DNA of 62,195 nt, counting the filler, from an uncultured bacterium (GTDB lineage Bacteria > CAYJOG01), in assembly GCA_964371695.1 (NCBI GenBank). It is 20 parts of 20 records of this genome, joined end to end, with 100 filler letters (N's around TTAATTAATTAA, not from the genome) between each part and the next. Parts side by side here need not be neighbours in the genome. Positions count along the whole stretch, not along the records: positions 37,672 to 40,671 come from CAYJOG010000434.1; positions 40,772 to 43,771 come from CAYJOG010000435.1; positions 43,872 to 46,866 come from CAYJOG010000436.1; positions 46,967 to 49,959 come from CAYJOG010000437.1; 16 more parts are not named here. One strand, written 5' to 3'. Each line of letters starts with the position of its first letter. The first letter of the stretch is position 1. Below are positions 37,673 through 47,375 of this stretch, one piece after another. Under the pieces are notes generated by a model. The model ran no database searches and was not told the origin of the DNA. It saw only the letters and a list, made by a program, of their open reading frames with translations. A program made the position numbers and the translations under genes.

Positions 37673-38602
37673 GGTTGCCCCTACAAGTGCAGTTATTGCT
37701 TCAACGACGCGTTCAACGACATGTACAAAGGCAATGGCAGGGTGATAAGGGGCCGCAGCGTGGGGCACGTGATTGACGAGATCAATGAAGTGCGCCGCCG
37801 CTGGCCGTTGGGTTACGTCAAGTTTGCCGACGACATTTTCATCATGCGGCGGGATTTTCTGGAGGAGTTCGCCGAGCGGTATCCCCGCGAGGTGGGGCTG
37901 CCCTATTTCGGCAACGTGAAAGCGCTGATGATTAACGAGCGCACGGTGCATCTGCTGAAAAAAAGCGGGTGTTATTCGGTGTGCATGGGCATAGAGGCGG
38001 GCAACGACCGCGTGCGCCAGCAGATGCTGAAAAAAAAGGTGCGCAAAGACCAGATTGTGGAAGCGGCGCGGCTCATCAAGGGCGCGGGCATCAAGCTGGT
38101 GACCACCAACATCATCGGCACCCCCGGCGGCAGCATCGAAGACGATTTTGAAACCGTGCAGCTCAACGCCGACTGCAAGGTGGACTACGCCTGGGTGAGC
38201 CTGCTCAACCCCTATCCCATGACACCCATCCGCGACGAACTGGCCAGCATGGGATTTGAAATGCCTGAGCCCCAGCAATACGAACCCAGCTACTTCCGCG
38301 ACACCCCCGTGTCCCTGCCCGACAAACACCAATACCAGAACCTGCACAAACTCTTCAGCCTGCTGGCGAGCCACCCGCGCCTCATTCCCCTGTCGCGGCG
38401 CATGATCGGCACGCGCTCCAAACCGGTGCAGTTCTTTTATGTGATGCTGTTCGGATTCTGGAAGCTCTATTGCTACGAGGTGAAGATTTTTCGCGATCAC
38501 TCCCTGGCGGGCATGTTCAGCAAGGATTTTGTGGGGCGCTTTGTGAACTACATCTTTTTGGGCTGGCGCATGATGTTCACCAAAAAGAAGTATGTGGTGT
38601 AG
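37673..38602 (+). CDS. Radical SAM protein, likely B12-binding class (5' partial)
   Basis: GCPYKCSYC, FADDIF, GIEAGN and NIIGTPG motifs. Confidence 0.9.
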   Translation, partial: GCPYKCSYCFNDAFNDMYKGNGRVIRGRSVGHVIDEINEVRRRWPLGYVKFADDIFIMRRDFLEEFAERYPREVGLPYFGNVKALMINERTVHLLKKSGCYSVCMGIEAGNDRVRQQMLKKKVRKDQIVEAARLIKGAGIKLVTTNIIGTPGGSIEDDFETVQLNADCKVDYAWVSLLNPYPMTPIRDELASMGFEMPEPQQYEPSYFRDTPVSLPDKHQYQNLHKLFSLLASHPRLIPLSRRMIGTRSKPVQFFYVMLFGFWKLYCYEVKIFRDHSLAGMFSKDFVGRFVNYIFLGWRMMFTKKKYVV

Positions 38603-38623
38603 AGCGGGCGCAGGAAGAAAATC

Positions 38624-38834
38624 CTCCTCTCCCCCACTGGGGAGAGGGTTGGGGTGAGGGGTCCAATATGAATAAAAAATCCAGATAGAAATTTGGTTTT
38701 TTGTTTTTTTGCTTAACCCCTCACCCGATGCTTCGCATCACCCTCTCCCCATAAAGGGGAGAGGGGAATAGGGTGGTTTTTTTTTCACAGGCAGGATGCC
38801 TGTGCTACTGATTCCCGCTTTCGCGGGAATGACG
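38624..38834. repeat. Cluster of a BoxC-like doublet, a class C REP and a dRS3-like palindrome
   Basis: Three repeat types stacked between convergent genes. Confidence 0.8.
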
Positions 38835-38847
38835 TCAGGCGAAAAGC

Positions 38848-40656
38848 TCACCCCGCCTGTTCGCCTTCTGTGGCGGGGGTTCCGGTTTCGTCTTCGGCGC
38901 TGGCCACACTGGCCCATTCCTTCGCCAGTTTCAGGGGCGCGTTGTGGTGCAGGCTGCCGGGTTTTTTGTGGGCGGCTTCTTTCAGGCCGGCCACCGCCAG
39001 ATTTTCCATGAGGGCTTTTTTGCGCAGCAGGCGGTGATAGTTCACTGCAAAGCGGTGTACCTCGTCGCGCATTTTCACCAGCAGGGCCAGGCCTTCGTGA
39101 CCAGCCCGCAGCCGCAGGGGTTCTTTGCGCCCCCACACATACACCAGTTCCTCACGCTTCGCCAGACTGATGAGGCAGGTGCTGAAGCCGCTCGTGTTCA
39201 CCACCTCGGCGGCGTGGCTCAGTTGCCCCGGCCCGCCGTCAATCAGCATGATGTCCGGCGGCGGCTCCGGGGGCGTGTCGCCGCTGGGGTAGATGCGCCG
39301 GGTGAGCACCTCTTGCAGGCTTTTGTAATCGTCCTGCCCATGCACGGTGCGCAGCAGATATTTGCGATAACCCTTTTTGAAGGGCCTGCCGTCTTTGAAG
39401 CACGAGCGCGCTCCCACCGTGAAGGCCCCCTGCAGGGTGCTGATGTCGTAGGCCTCCATCACACGGGGTGGGGCGGGCAGTTCCAGCAGGTCCATGAGCA
39501 GTTTCAGTCCCAGGTCCCGCAGGCTTTTCAGTCCCATTTCCTGGCGCAGGCGTTCCTTCAGGTTTTCGCGCACCAGTTCCATCTGGGCCAGTTTGTCGCC
39601 CCGCTGGGGCACGTGCAGGTTCACCGCCTTGCCCAGGGTTTCGCGGAACCATTTTCCCAGCAGCGGGCCGTTGGTCAGGGCAAAGGGCAGCACCAGTTCG
39701 CGGGGCAGGTCCAGCGTGCGGGGGTAATAACGCAGCAGAAAATGTTCCAGGGCTTCTTCTTCAGACTGCCGGTGCAGCTTGACCTCGCCGTGGTGCTGTT
39801 CGGTGAGGCGTCCGGCGCGGATTTTCCAGAGTTGCAGGTGCAGGGAATCGTCCTCGGCCAGGGTGGCCACGATGTCGCGGTTCACCGGCTCGGCGCTCAC
39901 CACTTTCTGCCTGTCCGCCAGGTGGTTGATGGTGAGGAGCGCCTGCTTGAACTCCTGGGCTTCTTCAAACCGCAGTGCGTCAGAGGCTTCTTTCATGCGC
40001 CCGGTGAGTTGTTCCGAAACCTCGGTGGTGCGCCCCTTGAGGGCGGCCTCGAAACGGGCCGCGTCTTCGCGGTAACGGGCGTCAGAAACCGCGCCGATGC
40101 AGGGGCCGGTGCAGCGGCCAATCTGATATTCCAGGCAGGGGCGGGCATAGTCGGCCTGCACGTCGCCCGCGCAGGTGCGCAGGCGAAACACCCGGTGCAA
40201 CTGGGCCATGAGGTGGCGGATGGTGGTGACATCGGTGAAAGGGCCGTAATAACGGCAGCCCTTCACGCCGGTGGTGCGGGTGAGGAAAATGCGGGGGAAC
40301 CGCTCTGCGGTGACCACGACAAAGGGGTAGGTCTTGTCGTCTTTCAGAGCCACGTTGAACGGGGGCTTTTCCTGTTTGATGAGGGAGTCTTCCAGCACCA
40401 GGGCTTCCAGTTCACTGCCGGTGACGATGGTCTCGATGTGGGTGATGCGGCTGCGGAAAAACAGCACCTTTTCGTTGTCCTGGCTGGCCTGGAAATATTG
40501 GCTCACCCGGCGGCGCAGGTTGATGGCCTTGCCCACATAAAGCACCTTGTGCTGGGCGTCCTTGAACAGATACACGCCGGGGCGCTCTGGCAGGGCGTGG
40601 GGGTTTAGGGTTTGCCGGGGCGATTTTTCAGGCGTATGGGCGGGTTTTTTCGCCAT
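38848..40656 (-). CDS. uvrC: Excinuclease ABC subunit C
   Basis: GIY-YIG domain (PGVYLF..VLYVGKAINLRRRV), EAYDIS, LIDGGPGQ and RDEVHRFA motifs. Confidence 0.96.
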   Translation of the reverse strand: MAKKPAHTPEKSPRQTLNPHALPERPGVYLFKDAQHKVLYVGKAINLRRRVSQYFQASQDNEKVLFFRSRITHIETIVTGSELEALVLEDSLIKQEKPPFNVALKDDKTYPFVVVTAERFPRIFLTRTTGVKGCRYYGPFTDVTTIRHLMAQLHRVFRLRTCAGDVQADYARPCLEYQIGRCTGPCIGAVSDARYREDAARFEAALKGRTTEVSEQLTGRMKEASDALRFEEAQEFKQALLTINHLADRQKVVSAEPVNRDIVATLAEDDSLHLQLWKIRAGRLTEQHHGEVKLHRQSEEEALEHFLLRYYPRTLDLPRELVLPFALTNGPLLGKWFRETLGKAVNLHVPQRGDKLAQMELVRENLKERLRQEMGLKSLRDLGLKLLMDLLELPAPPRVMEAYDISTLQGAFTVGARSCFKDGRPFKKGYRKYLLRTVHGQDDYKSLQEVLTRRIYPSGDTPPEPPPDIMLIDGGPGQLSHAAEVVNTSGFSTCLISLAKREELVYVWGRKEPLRLRAGHEGLALLVKMRDEVHRFAVNYHRLLRKKALMENLAVAGLKEAAHKKPGSLHHNAPLKLAKEWASVASAEDETGTPATEGEQAG

Positions 40657-40771
40657 TGCCGTGATTGTAGCNNNNNNNNNNNNNNNNNNNNNNNNNNNNN
40701 NNNNNNNNNNNNNNNTTAATTAATTAANNNNNNNNNNNNNNNNNNNNNNNNNNNNNNNNNNNNNNNNNNNN

Positions 40772-42178
40772 GAAGGTGTGCTCAAACACGTGGCCTTTGT
40801 CCATGATGGGGCTTTGCAGGGGGCCGGTGGGGTCCAGGTCGGTGCCGCCCTTGCTGCTGGTGACGGTGTGGGCCGCGCCGTCTTTGTTGATCCACACCAC
40901 TCGCTCGCCCTTTTTCACTTTCAGTTGCATGGGTTTGTAGGTCATGTTTTCGATGACCACCACGTGGGTGCCCGCCGGGGGGTGTGCCGGGTCAAAACCC
41001 AGGCCCGTGGGGGCTGCGCCGTGGGCGTTCATGGAAAGCCGCTGGGCCGTGCGCTCGGCATAACCCTGAAACGCCGCCTCCAGCGACTGTTTCACAAAGG
41101 TGTCCCGGTCTCCCTGGCAGGGGGGCAGGCTTTTGGCCCCCAACATGCGGGTCATGCCGGGCACGGGGTTGATGCAGTTGCCCTTGCCCGCGCCCACCAC
41201 TGCCACGTCAGCCCCCTTGGGGGACATGGCCTTGAGCATGCCATGGGTTTGTGTGCCGTTGTTGAGGTAATAGTTTTCTTCGATGCGGTTGTTGTCGCTG
41301 TTGGGGTCGATGAGGGGGTCTTTTTTGATGTCGTCCACGAGGTCCAGCCCCACCACGGCCACACCAAAACTCTGGTTGCCCGCGATGTAGTTCCCGGCCA
41401 CCACGCTGCTGTCCTGCGCCACCAGCAATATGCCCGTGCCCACCGGCACGCGGGCCACGATGCCCTTGGGGTCGGCAAAGTTGGGGTGATTGTTGTCCAC
41501 GATAAAGTTGTTCAGGATGCGCGTGGTGTTGCCGGTTTTTTCTTTCAGCCCAGGCAGCGTAAAGGCCAGAATGCCGCCGGTGTTGTTGTAGGTCATGTTG
41601 TATTCCACCAGGGCGTTTTCGCTGTTCTCGATTTCGATGCCCGCCACGCTTTCGGTCACCACGTTCCAGCGCACGATGATGTTGCGGCTCTGGCCCACAT
41701 ACACCCCTGCGTCGGCAATGCGCCGGGTGCGGGTGTGCTCCACTGTCACGCCGTCGCAGTTCACGGGATAAATGCCGTAGATGCCCGACTTGTCCACGTC
41801 CAGGTCGCCGATGTAAATGTTCTTGGCCCCCTGCACTGTCACGCCGTTGCCCTTGTAGCCCGTTACCCTGAAACCGGTGATGCGGAAGAAGTCGCCGCTG
41901 GCAATCACGCCGTCGGAAAGTTTTTCATCCCCCATCAGGATTGGGCGCTTGTCGCCGTTCACCACGCCCCGAAGGGTGATGAAGGGTTTGTCCACGCTGA
42001 TGGATTCGTGATATTCCCCCGGCTCCACCACAATCACGTCGCCGGGCTTGGCGGCGTTCACCGCGTCAAGGATTTTCTGCCCCGGCTTGACAATGATTTC
42101 GGCAGCCCGTGCGCCATGGCACAGGCCCATGGCCGCAGCAAGGCCCAGGAGGGTGAGGGTGCTTTTGAGGGGAGTCAT
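40772..42178 (-). CDS. Parallel beta-helix protein fused to a cupredoxin domain (3' partial)
   Basis: YGIYPV, DAGVYVGQS, AGIEIENS and NNTGGIL motifs; C-terminal YKP..LKVKKG..V.WIN.D...HTVT. Confidence 0.85.
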
Positions 42179-42213
42179 GGTGCGCTGAGTTTAGCGCGAA
42201 TGGGCGGTGGCGC

Positions 42214-42915
42214 TTAAATCTTCTGATAGGCCGCAGCGCGTTTGAGCTGGCTGATGGCCTTGGTGATGTCAATGCCCTTGGGGCAGGCTTCGACACAGTT
42301 GAAGATGGTGTGGCAGCGCCACGCGCCGTTGCGGTCGTTGACCACTTCCAGCCGTGCGTCGGCCCCTTCGTCGCGGCTGTCATATACAAAGCGGAAGGCC
42401 TTCAGCAGCGCCGCCGGGCCCAGATATTCGTCGTTGGCCCAGAAGCTGGGGCAACTGCTGGTGCAGGCCCCACACAGAATGCATTTGCTCGCGTCGTCAA
42501 TCAGGGCGCGGTCTTCTTCGCTCTGCAACCGCTCGGTGGCGGGGGGCGGCTGGCTGTTGACCAGAAAGGGTTTGACGGCGCGGTATTTGGCCCAGAAACC
42601 CTCCTGGTCCACAATCAGGTCGCGCACCACGGGGAACCCCTTGAGCGGCTCCACCGTGATGGTGCTTGCGCCCAGGTTCTCCACCAGTATCTGGCACGCC
42701 AAGCCGTTTTTGCCGTTGATGGACATGGCGTCGGACCCGCACACGCCGTGGGCGCAACTGCGGCGAAAGCTCAGTGTGCCGTCCTGCTCCCACTTGATGG
42801 CGTTCAGGCCGTCCAGCACCCGGTCCTTGGGGTCCATCTCCACCTTGTATTCCTGCCAGCGGGGAGCCTTGTCGGTTTCGGGCATGAAGCGTTTGATTTT
42901 GAAGGTGACCAGCAT
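42214..42915 (-). CDS. sdhB: Succinate dehydrogenase iron-sulfur subunit
   Basis: SCAHGVCGSD, CILCGACTSSCP and CHTIFNCVEACPK clusters. Confidence 0.96.
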   Translation of the reverse strand: MLVTFKIKRFMPETDKAPRWQEYKVEMDPKDRVLDGLNAIKWEQDGTLSFRRSCAHGVCGSDAMSINGKNGLACQILVENLGASTITVEPLKGFPVVRDLIVDQEGFWAKYRAVKPFLVNSQPPPATERLQSEEDRALIDDASKCILCGACTSSCPSFWANDEYLGPAALLKAFRFVYDSRDEGADARLEVVNDRNGAWRCHTIFNCVEACPKGIDITKAISQLKRAAAYQKI

Positions 42916-42924
42916 GATGACCTC

Positions 42925-43771
42925 TCAGTATGTCCGGGGCTTGGGCTGAAACCGGGTGATGGAAACCGGCTTGTAGTCGAGCTTCACGTCGTCGGTGACG
43001 GGGCTGCCAAAAGATTCCGCCTCGCGCCACGCCAGCGTGTGTTTGAGCCAGTCGGCGTCGTTGCGGTCCTTGAAATCTTCGCGGTAATGCGCCCCCCGGC
43101 TTTCGGTGCGCTCAAGCGCGCTTTTGACCACGGCGGTGGAAAAGTCCAGCAGATAACCCAGCTCGATGGCTTCCATCAGCTCCAGGTTGAACACCTTGCT
43201 GTTGTCTTTCACCCGCACGTCGGCGTATTCCTGCTGAAAGGTCTTGAGGTCTTCCAGGCAGTCCCGCAGGCCTTCGTCGGTGCGGAACACGCCGCATTTG
43301 TCCATCATGCTGTCTTGCAGGCGGGCGCGGATTTCACCGGCCTGTTTGCCGCCGCCGGGGGAATAAAGGCGGTCGATGAGGCCCCGTGCGTCCGTCTGGG
43401 GGTCGTCGGGCAGGTGGGTCCACTCCACACCGGCGGCGTATTCGGCGGCGGCTTCGCCGCTGCGCCGACCAAACACCACCAAGTCCAGCAGGCTGTTGGT
43501 GCCCAGGCGGTTGGCCCCATGCACCGACACGCAGGCCACCTCGCCGCAGGCGAAAAACCCCGGCATGGGTGTGTTCTTGCTGTCTATCACCACGCGGCCA
43601 TGGATGTCGGTGGGAATCCCCCCCATGGCGTAGTGGGCCGTGGGCTGAATGGGAATGGGGGCCTTCACTGGGTCCACGCCCAGATAGATGCGGCTGAAGC
43701 TGGTGATGTCGGGGAGTTTTTCTTCGATGACTTCGCGGGGCAGGTGGGTGAGGTCCAGGTGAACGTAATCC
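42925..43771 (-). CDS. sdhA: Succinate dehydrogenase flavoprotein (5' partial)
   Basis: PTAHYAMGGI, SVHGANRLGTNSLLD and ESRGAH motifs. Confidence 0.96.
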
Positions 43772-43871
43772 NNNNNNNNNNNNNNNNNNNNNNNNNNNNN
43801 NNNNNNNNNNNNNNNTTAATTAATTAANNNNNNNNNNNNNNNNNNNNNNNNNNNNNNNNNNNNNNNNNNNN

Positions 43872-45521
43872 GTCCAGAATCGCCCTGGCGGTGGGTTCGT
43901 CAAACAGATCCGTGGCCAGCCGTGAGAGTTCCTGCACCGTGTTGAAACCCAGCAGACGCAGGGCCGCCTGATTGGCGTAGGTGGCCATGCCCTCCGGGCT
44001 GAAGAGCACCACCCCTTCATCCACCTGTTCCAGGGCCAGTTGCTGCACCAGGGTGTCCCGCTGTTCGGCGGTGGTTTCTTCACCCAGAAATGACGAAAGG
44101 GAGTGCATCACCGGGTCAGCCCCCTGCGAGAGGCGCGCCCCCAGTTCCTGCCGCAGCGCCTCCAGCGTGCGGCCCAACTGGCCGAGTTCGTCGTCATAGG
44201 GATGCACCACGGGGTGGTCGAAGTGGCCCAGGCGCAGTTCCGCCGCCGCGCCTTCCAGCTCTTTCAGCGGGTGGATCACCCGTTCCAACACCAGCCGTCG
44301 GCCAAAAAAAGTGGCCCCGCCGCTGAGAATCACGATCAGGAACGCAAAAATGGAAAAAAGCATGCTCTTGCGGTGAATGGCTTCACGGACTTCCTGATAA
44401 TCGCGGTTGCGGTTGGTATAGAGCCTGCCGGGCATTTGCAGCAGGTCGGCCCGCCAGGGGCTTTCGCGGGCTTCCTGAAGTTTTTCGTTGGCTTCTTTCA
44501 GTCGGGGGGGGGTCTGGCTGGCCAGTTGTTTGGCCCCAATGAGAAAAGCCGCGAACTGGTGATGGGCTTCTTCAAGTTGTCCCAGCAGGGCCTGGTCTTC
44601 TTCGGTTTCGGGCAGGGCTGATTTGAATTTGTCCACCGATTTGACAAAGGTGTTCAGGGCCAGTTCGTAGCGTTTTTCCTTGTCGCTGCCCGCCGGTGCG
44701 CCCAGGGAATCTCCAGCGGCGGCTTCAAAGTCCAGCGTCGCGTTTTTGATGCCGTCCAGCAAACGGGCCAGTTCCCAGTCGTTGCCATACAGGTCCAGGC
44801 TGGGGCGCTGCACCGAGCCGAGGGTCCACACCGCCGAGAGGGCCAGCAGGCCCAGGGCTGCCAGCCACACACCGCCGGTAAGCGAAAAAAAGTGCGCCAG
44901 CCGTTTGACCTTGGGCAGGTGCTGATGCACAGCGGCGTACACCCACAGGCCAGCCGCCACCAGCAGCATCATCAGGCCCGTGAACAACTGAAAAGGAGCC
45001 CACACCATCTTGCTCAGGTGTTTGCGGCTCTGGAACTCCAATTCGGCCAGTCCCTCTTGCGAGTTGATGTAATAACCCAGCAGGTTCACCTGTTTGTCTC
45101 GCTCGCTGGCGGCGGGGGGCTTGCCGCCGGGGGTGGCGGGCTGGCCGCTCACCGTCTGACTGAGCTGATACAGGTTGTCCAGGAAAAGTTTCAGGGGTTT
45201 TCGCTTGGTTTCGTCTTTTTGCGCCTCAAGGCCAGCGGGGGCGTGTTTCTGCAAAAGGGATTCCTTGCAGTGGTCCAGGCGGCGGGTGGCGTCGTTGACG
45301 GCTTTGGCGGGGGCGCGCTCCACGGCATGGCGATAAAGGGTGGTGAGTTCGGCCTGGCAGTTTTTGTGCAGGTTCAGTTCCAGGCTCACCGCGCCGATGG
45401 AGGACATGCCCCGCATGGCCTTGAAGCACAAGAACAGGCCCAGGGCGGCCATCACCACGGTGATGGCCATGACAGAGGCGGAACGGGGGCGCGCCAGATG
45501 GGGGGGGTGAATGGAAACCAT
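43872..45521 (-). CDS. Membrane sensor with four TM helices, HAMP and PAS domains (3' partial)
   Basis: HAMP (PLKEL..DDELGQL) and PAS start (EGVVLFSPEG..TYANQAA). Confidence 0.8.
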
Positions 45522-45699
45522 GTGAAAGCCGGGCGCATTCGCGCCAAAGGGGGAGCTATTTTAGCACCGATGGCCCTCCGGGGGAGGTGCTCAGGCGGCA
45601 AGAATGGCTGAACGCTCCGTTCCCGGTCAAGTCTGTTTGCCTTACCTCCGGGCCGGTGTTAACCTCCCATGCCTAATTTAACGAGGGCAGGGGAAGACT

Positions 45700-46017
45700 G
45701 TGCAACAATATGAACTGATCGAAATTCTGGACCCAAGCTTGACGGCTGACGCCGTGAAAGCCCACGTAGAGCGCGTAGACGGCCTGATTGGCCGCCTGGG
45801 TGGTTCTGTGCTGCGCCGACAGGACCCCCATCGCCGCCGTCTGGGCCACGCCATGAAGAAAAACGCCGACGGTGTTTTTTGTGTGGTGAACTTCACCGCG
45901 CCCACGGCGGGCATGAAGGAACTGACCCGTGTGCTGAATCTGGACCAGGAAACCCTGCGCCACGTCGCCACCCTGTATACCCCTCCCAAACCCAAGGCCC
46001 CCAAGGCCGGAGCATGA
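45700..46017 (+). CDS. rpsF: 30S ribosomal protein bS6
   Basis: YELIEILDP..., RRL...MKK...G; followed by ssb. Confidence 0.9.
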   Translation: MQQYELIEILDPSLTADAVKAHVERVDGLIGRLGGSVLRRQDPHRRRLGHAMKKNADGVFCVVNFTAPTAGMKELTRVLNLDQETLRHVATLYTPPKPKAPKAGA

Positions 46018-46487
46018 ACCGCGTCATCATCATCGGCAACCTCACCCGCGACCCGGAGGTGCGTTATACCGCCAAGGGCACGGCGGTGGCCAAGTTTGGT
46101 GTGGCGGTGTCGCGCCGGTTTAAAGACCAAAACGGCCAGGAAGTGACCGATTTTTTTGACGTGGACGCCTGGGGCAAGCTGGGCGAACTGGTGGGCAACT
46201 ATCTGGCCAAGGGCCGCAAGGTGTGTGTGGAAGGCGAAATGCGGCAGGAACGCTGGGAAGACCGCGAAGGCAACAAGCGGGTGACCTGGAAGATTCACGC
46301 CGAGAATGTGGAGTTTCTCTCCCCCCGTGGCGAAGGCGGTGGCGGTCAGAGCCGTGGTCCTGGCCCCGGTGGCGGCGGTGGCGGTGGCAAAAAGCCCGCT
46401 CCGCCCGACGACGACATCCAGTTCAACGACATCGACGATCAGGACATCGAAGAAGAACTGGGCATGAACCAGCCCTACGGGTTTTAA
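46014..46487 (+). CDS. ssb: Single-stranded DNA-binding protein
   Basis: MNRVIIIGNLTRDPEVRYT, KGRKVCVEG, Gly-rich acidic tail. Confidence 0.97.
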   Translation: MNRVIIIGNLTRDPEVRYTAKGTAVAKFGVAVSRRFKDQNGQEVTDFFDVDAWGKLGELVGNYLAKGRKVCVEGEMRQERWEDREGNKRVTWKIHAENVEFLSPRGEGGGGQSRGPGPGGGGGGGKKPAPPDDDIQFNDIDDQDIEEELGMNQPYGF

Positions 46488-46535
46488 AGCCTGTTTGGGC
46501 GGTTCCCTTGACGGCCAGGGGTTGGGTTGCCGACA

Positions 46536-46781
46536 ATGAAACAGATCATGATGAGCGTGAAGCTGCATGTGGAGGTTTCTAAGGAGCACACTGCATGGCT
46601 TCGGTTGCCGGATGAAGTGCAGCCAGGCCCCCATGAACTGGTGGTGGTGTTGGCCTCTGCCGAGGCTGCACCGGCAGCAGACAACAGTGCGGCGCTTCAG
46701 GGGCTTTCCGGCTCTGTGGAGGTGTTTCAGAAGATAGACCCCATGCAGGTGCAAAATCGCCTTCGCGCCGAATGGCCATGA
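46536..46781 (+). CDS. Putative type II antitoxin
   Basis: 81 aa ending DPMQVQNRLRAEW, with an ATGA overlap to MRYLL. Confidence 0.6.
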   Translation: MKQIMMSVKLHVEVSKEHTAWLRLPDEVQPGPHELVVVLASAEAAPAADNSAALQGLSGSVEVFQKIDPMQVQNRLRAEWP

Positions 46782-46819
46782 GGTATTTGTTAGCAGGGCG
46801 TTTATCAGCACCCTGCTAA
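46778..46819 (+). pseudogene. Probable VapC/PIN toxin remnant cut off by a palindrome
   Basis: MRYLL (compare MRYLLDTN) runs into the GCAGGGCG..CACCCTGC hairpin and stops after 13 codons. Confidence 0.5.
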
Positions 46820-46966
46820 ATCCATGAGTTTGCGGGGGTTCTTTCCAGATGCCCATTGGGGCATCTNNNNNNNNNNNNNNNNNNNNNNNNNNNNNNNNNN
46901 NNNNNNNNNNTTAATTAATTAANNNNNNNNNNNNNNNNNNNNNNNNNNNNNNNNNNNNNNNNNNNN

Positions 46967-47368
46967 CCCGGCGAAGACAACACCGTGCTGTTGCTGTACC
47001 CCGACAGACACCGGCGGGAAAACCGGGCGGGCCTTTGGAAATCCATGGGCTTTCAGGTGATGGAAGCCGACAGTTCACGCAAGGCGCAACTCATGGCCGA
47101 AGCCGCCGCCCCCACGGTGCTGGACGGCATGGCAGCGTTGGGCGAAGGCGATAACCTGCTGGTGCTGGAACTGCTGAAGCACCAGGGCAGCCTGGGGACC
47201 TGTCCGCTGGTGATCAACCGCCTGATTCCCCAGGAGTTCAGCCGCCGCGAGCGCCTGAAACTGGCGCTGGGGCGGTTTGTGGAACGACACCCCCTGCCAT
47301 TCAAGGAAACAGCGGGCCAGGCACACGGACATTTACTGAAACTGGCCCGGGTGCTGCCCAAAACATGA
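46967..47368 (+). CDS. Hypothetical protein, weakly receiver-like (5' partial)
   Basis: VLLLY..., GFQVMEADS; open from the contig start. Confidence 0.5.
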   Translation, partial: PGEDNTVLLLYPDRHRRENRAGLWKSMGFQVMEADSSRKAQLMAEAAAPTVLDGMAALGEGDNLLVLELLKHQGSLGTCPLVINRLIPQEFSRRERLKLALGRFVERHPLPFKETAGQAHGHLLKLARVLPKT

Positions 47369-47375
47369 CGCCGCC

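Noticed and set aside
45572-45654. SRP RNA (minus-strand CCG-GGAA-CGG-AGC)
   Set aside because: Lacks the conserved CAGG/AGCA internal loop, and the G-U pairing favours the other strand.
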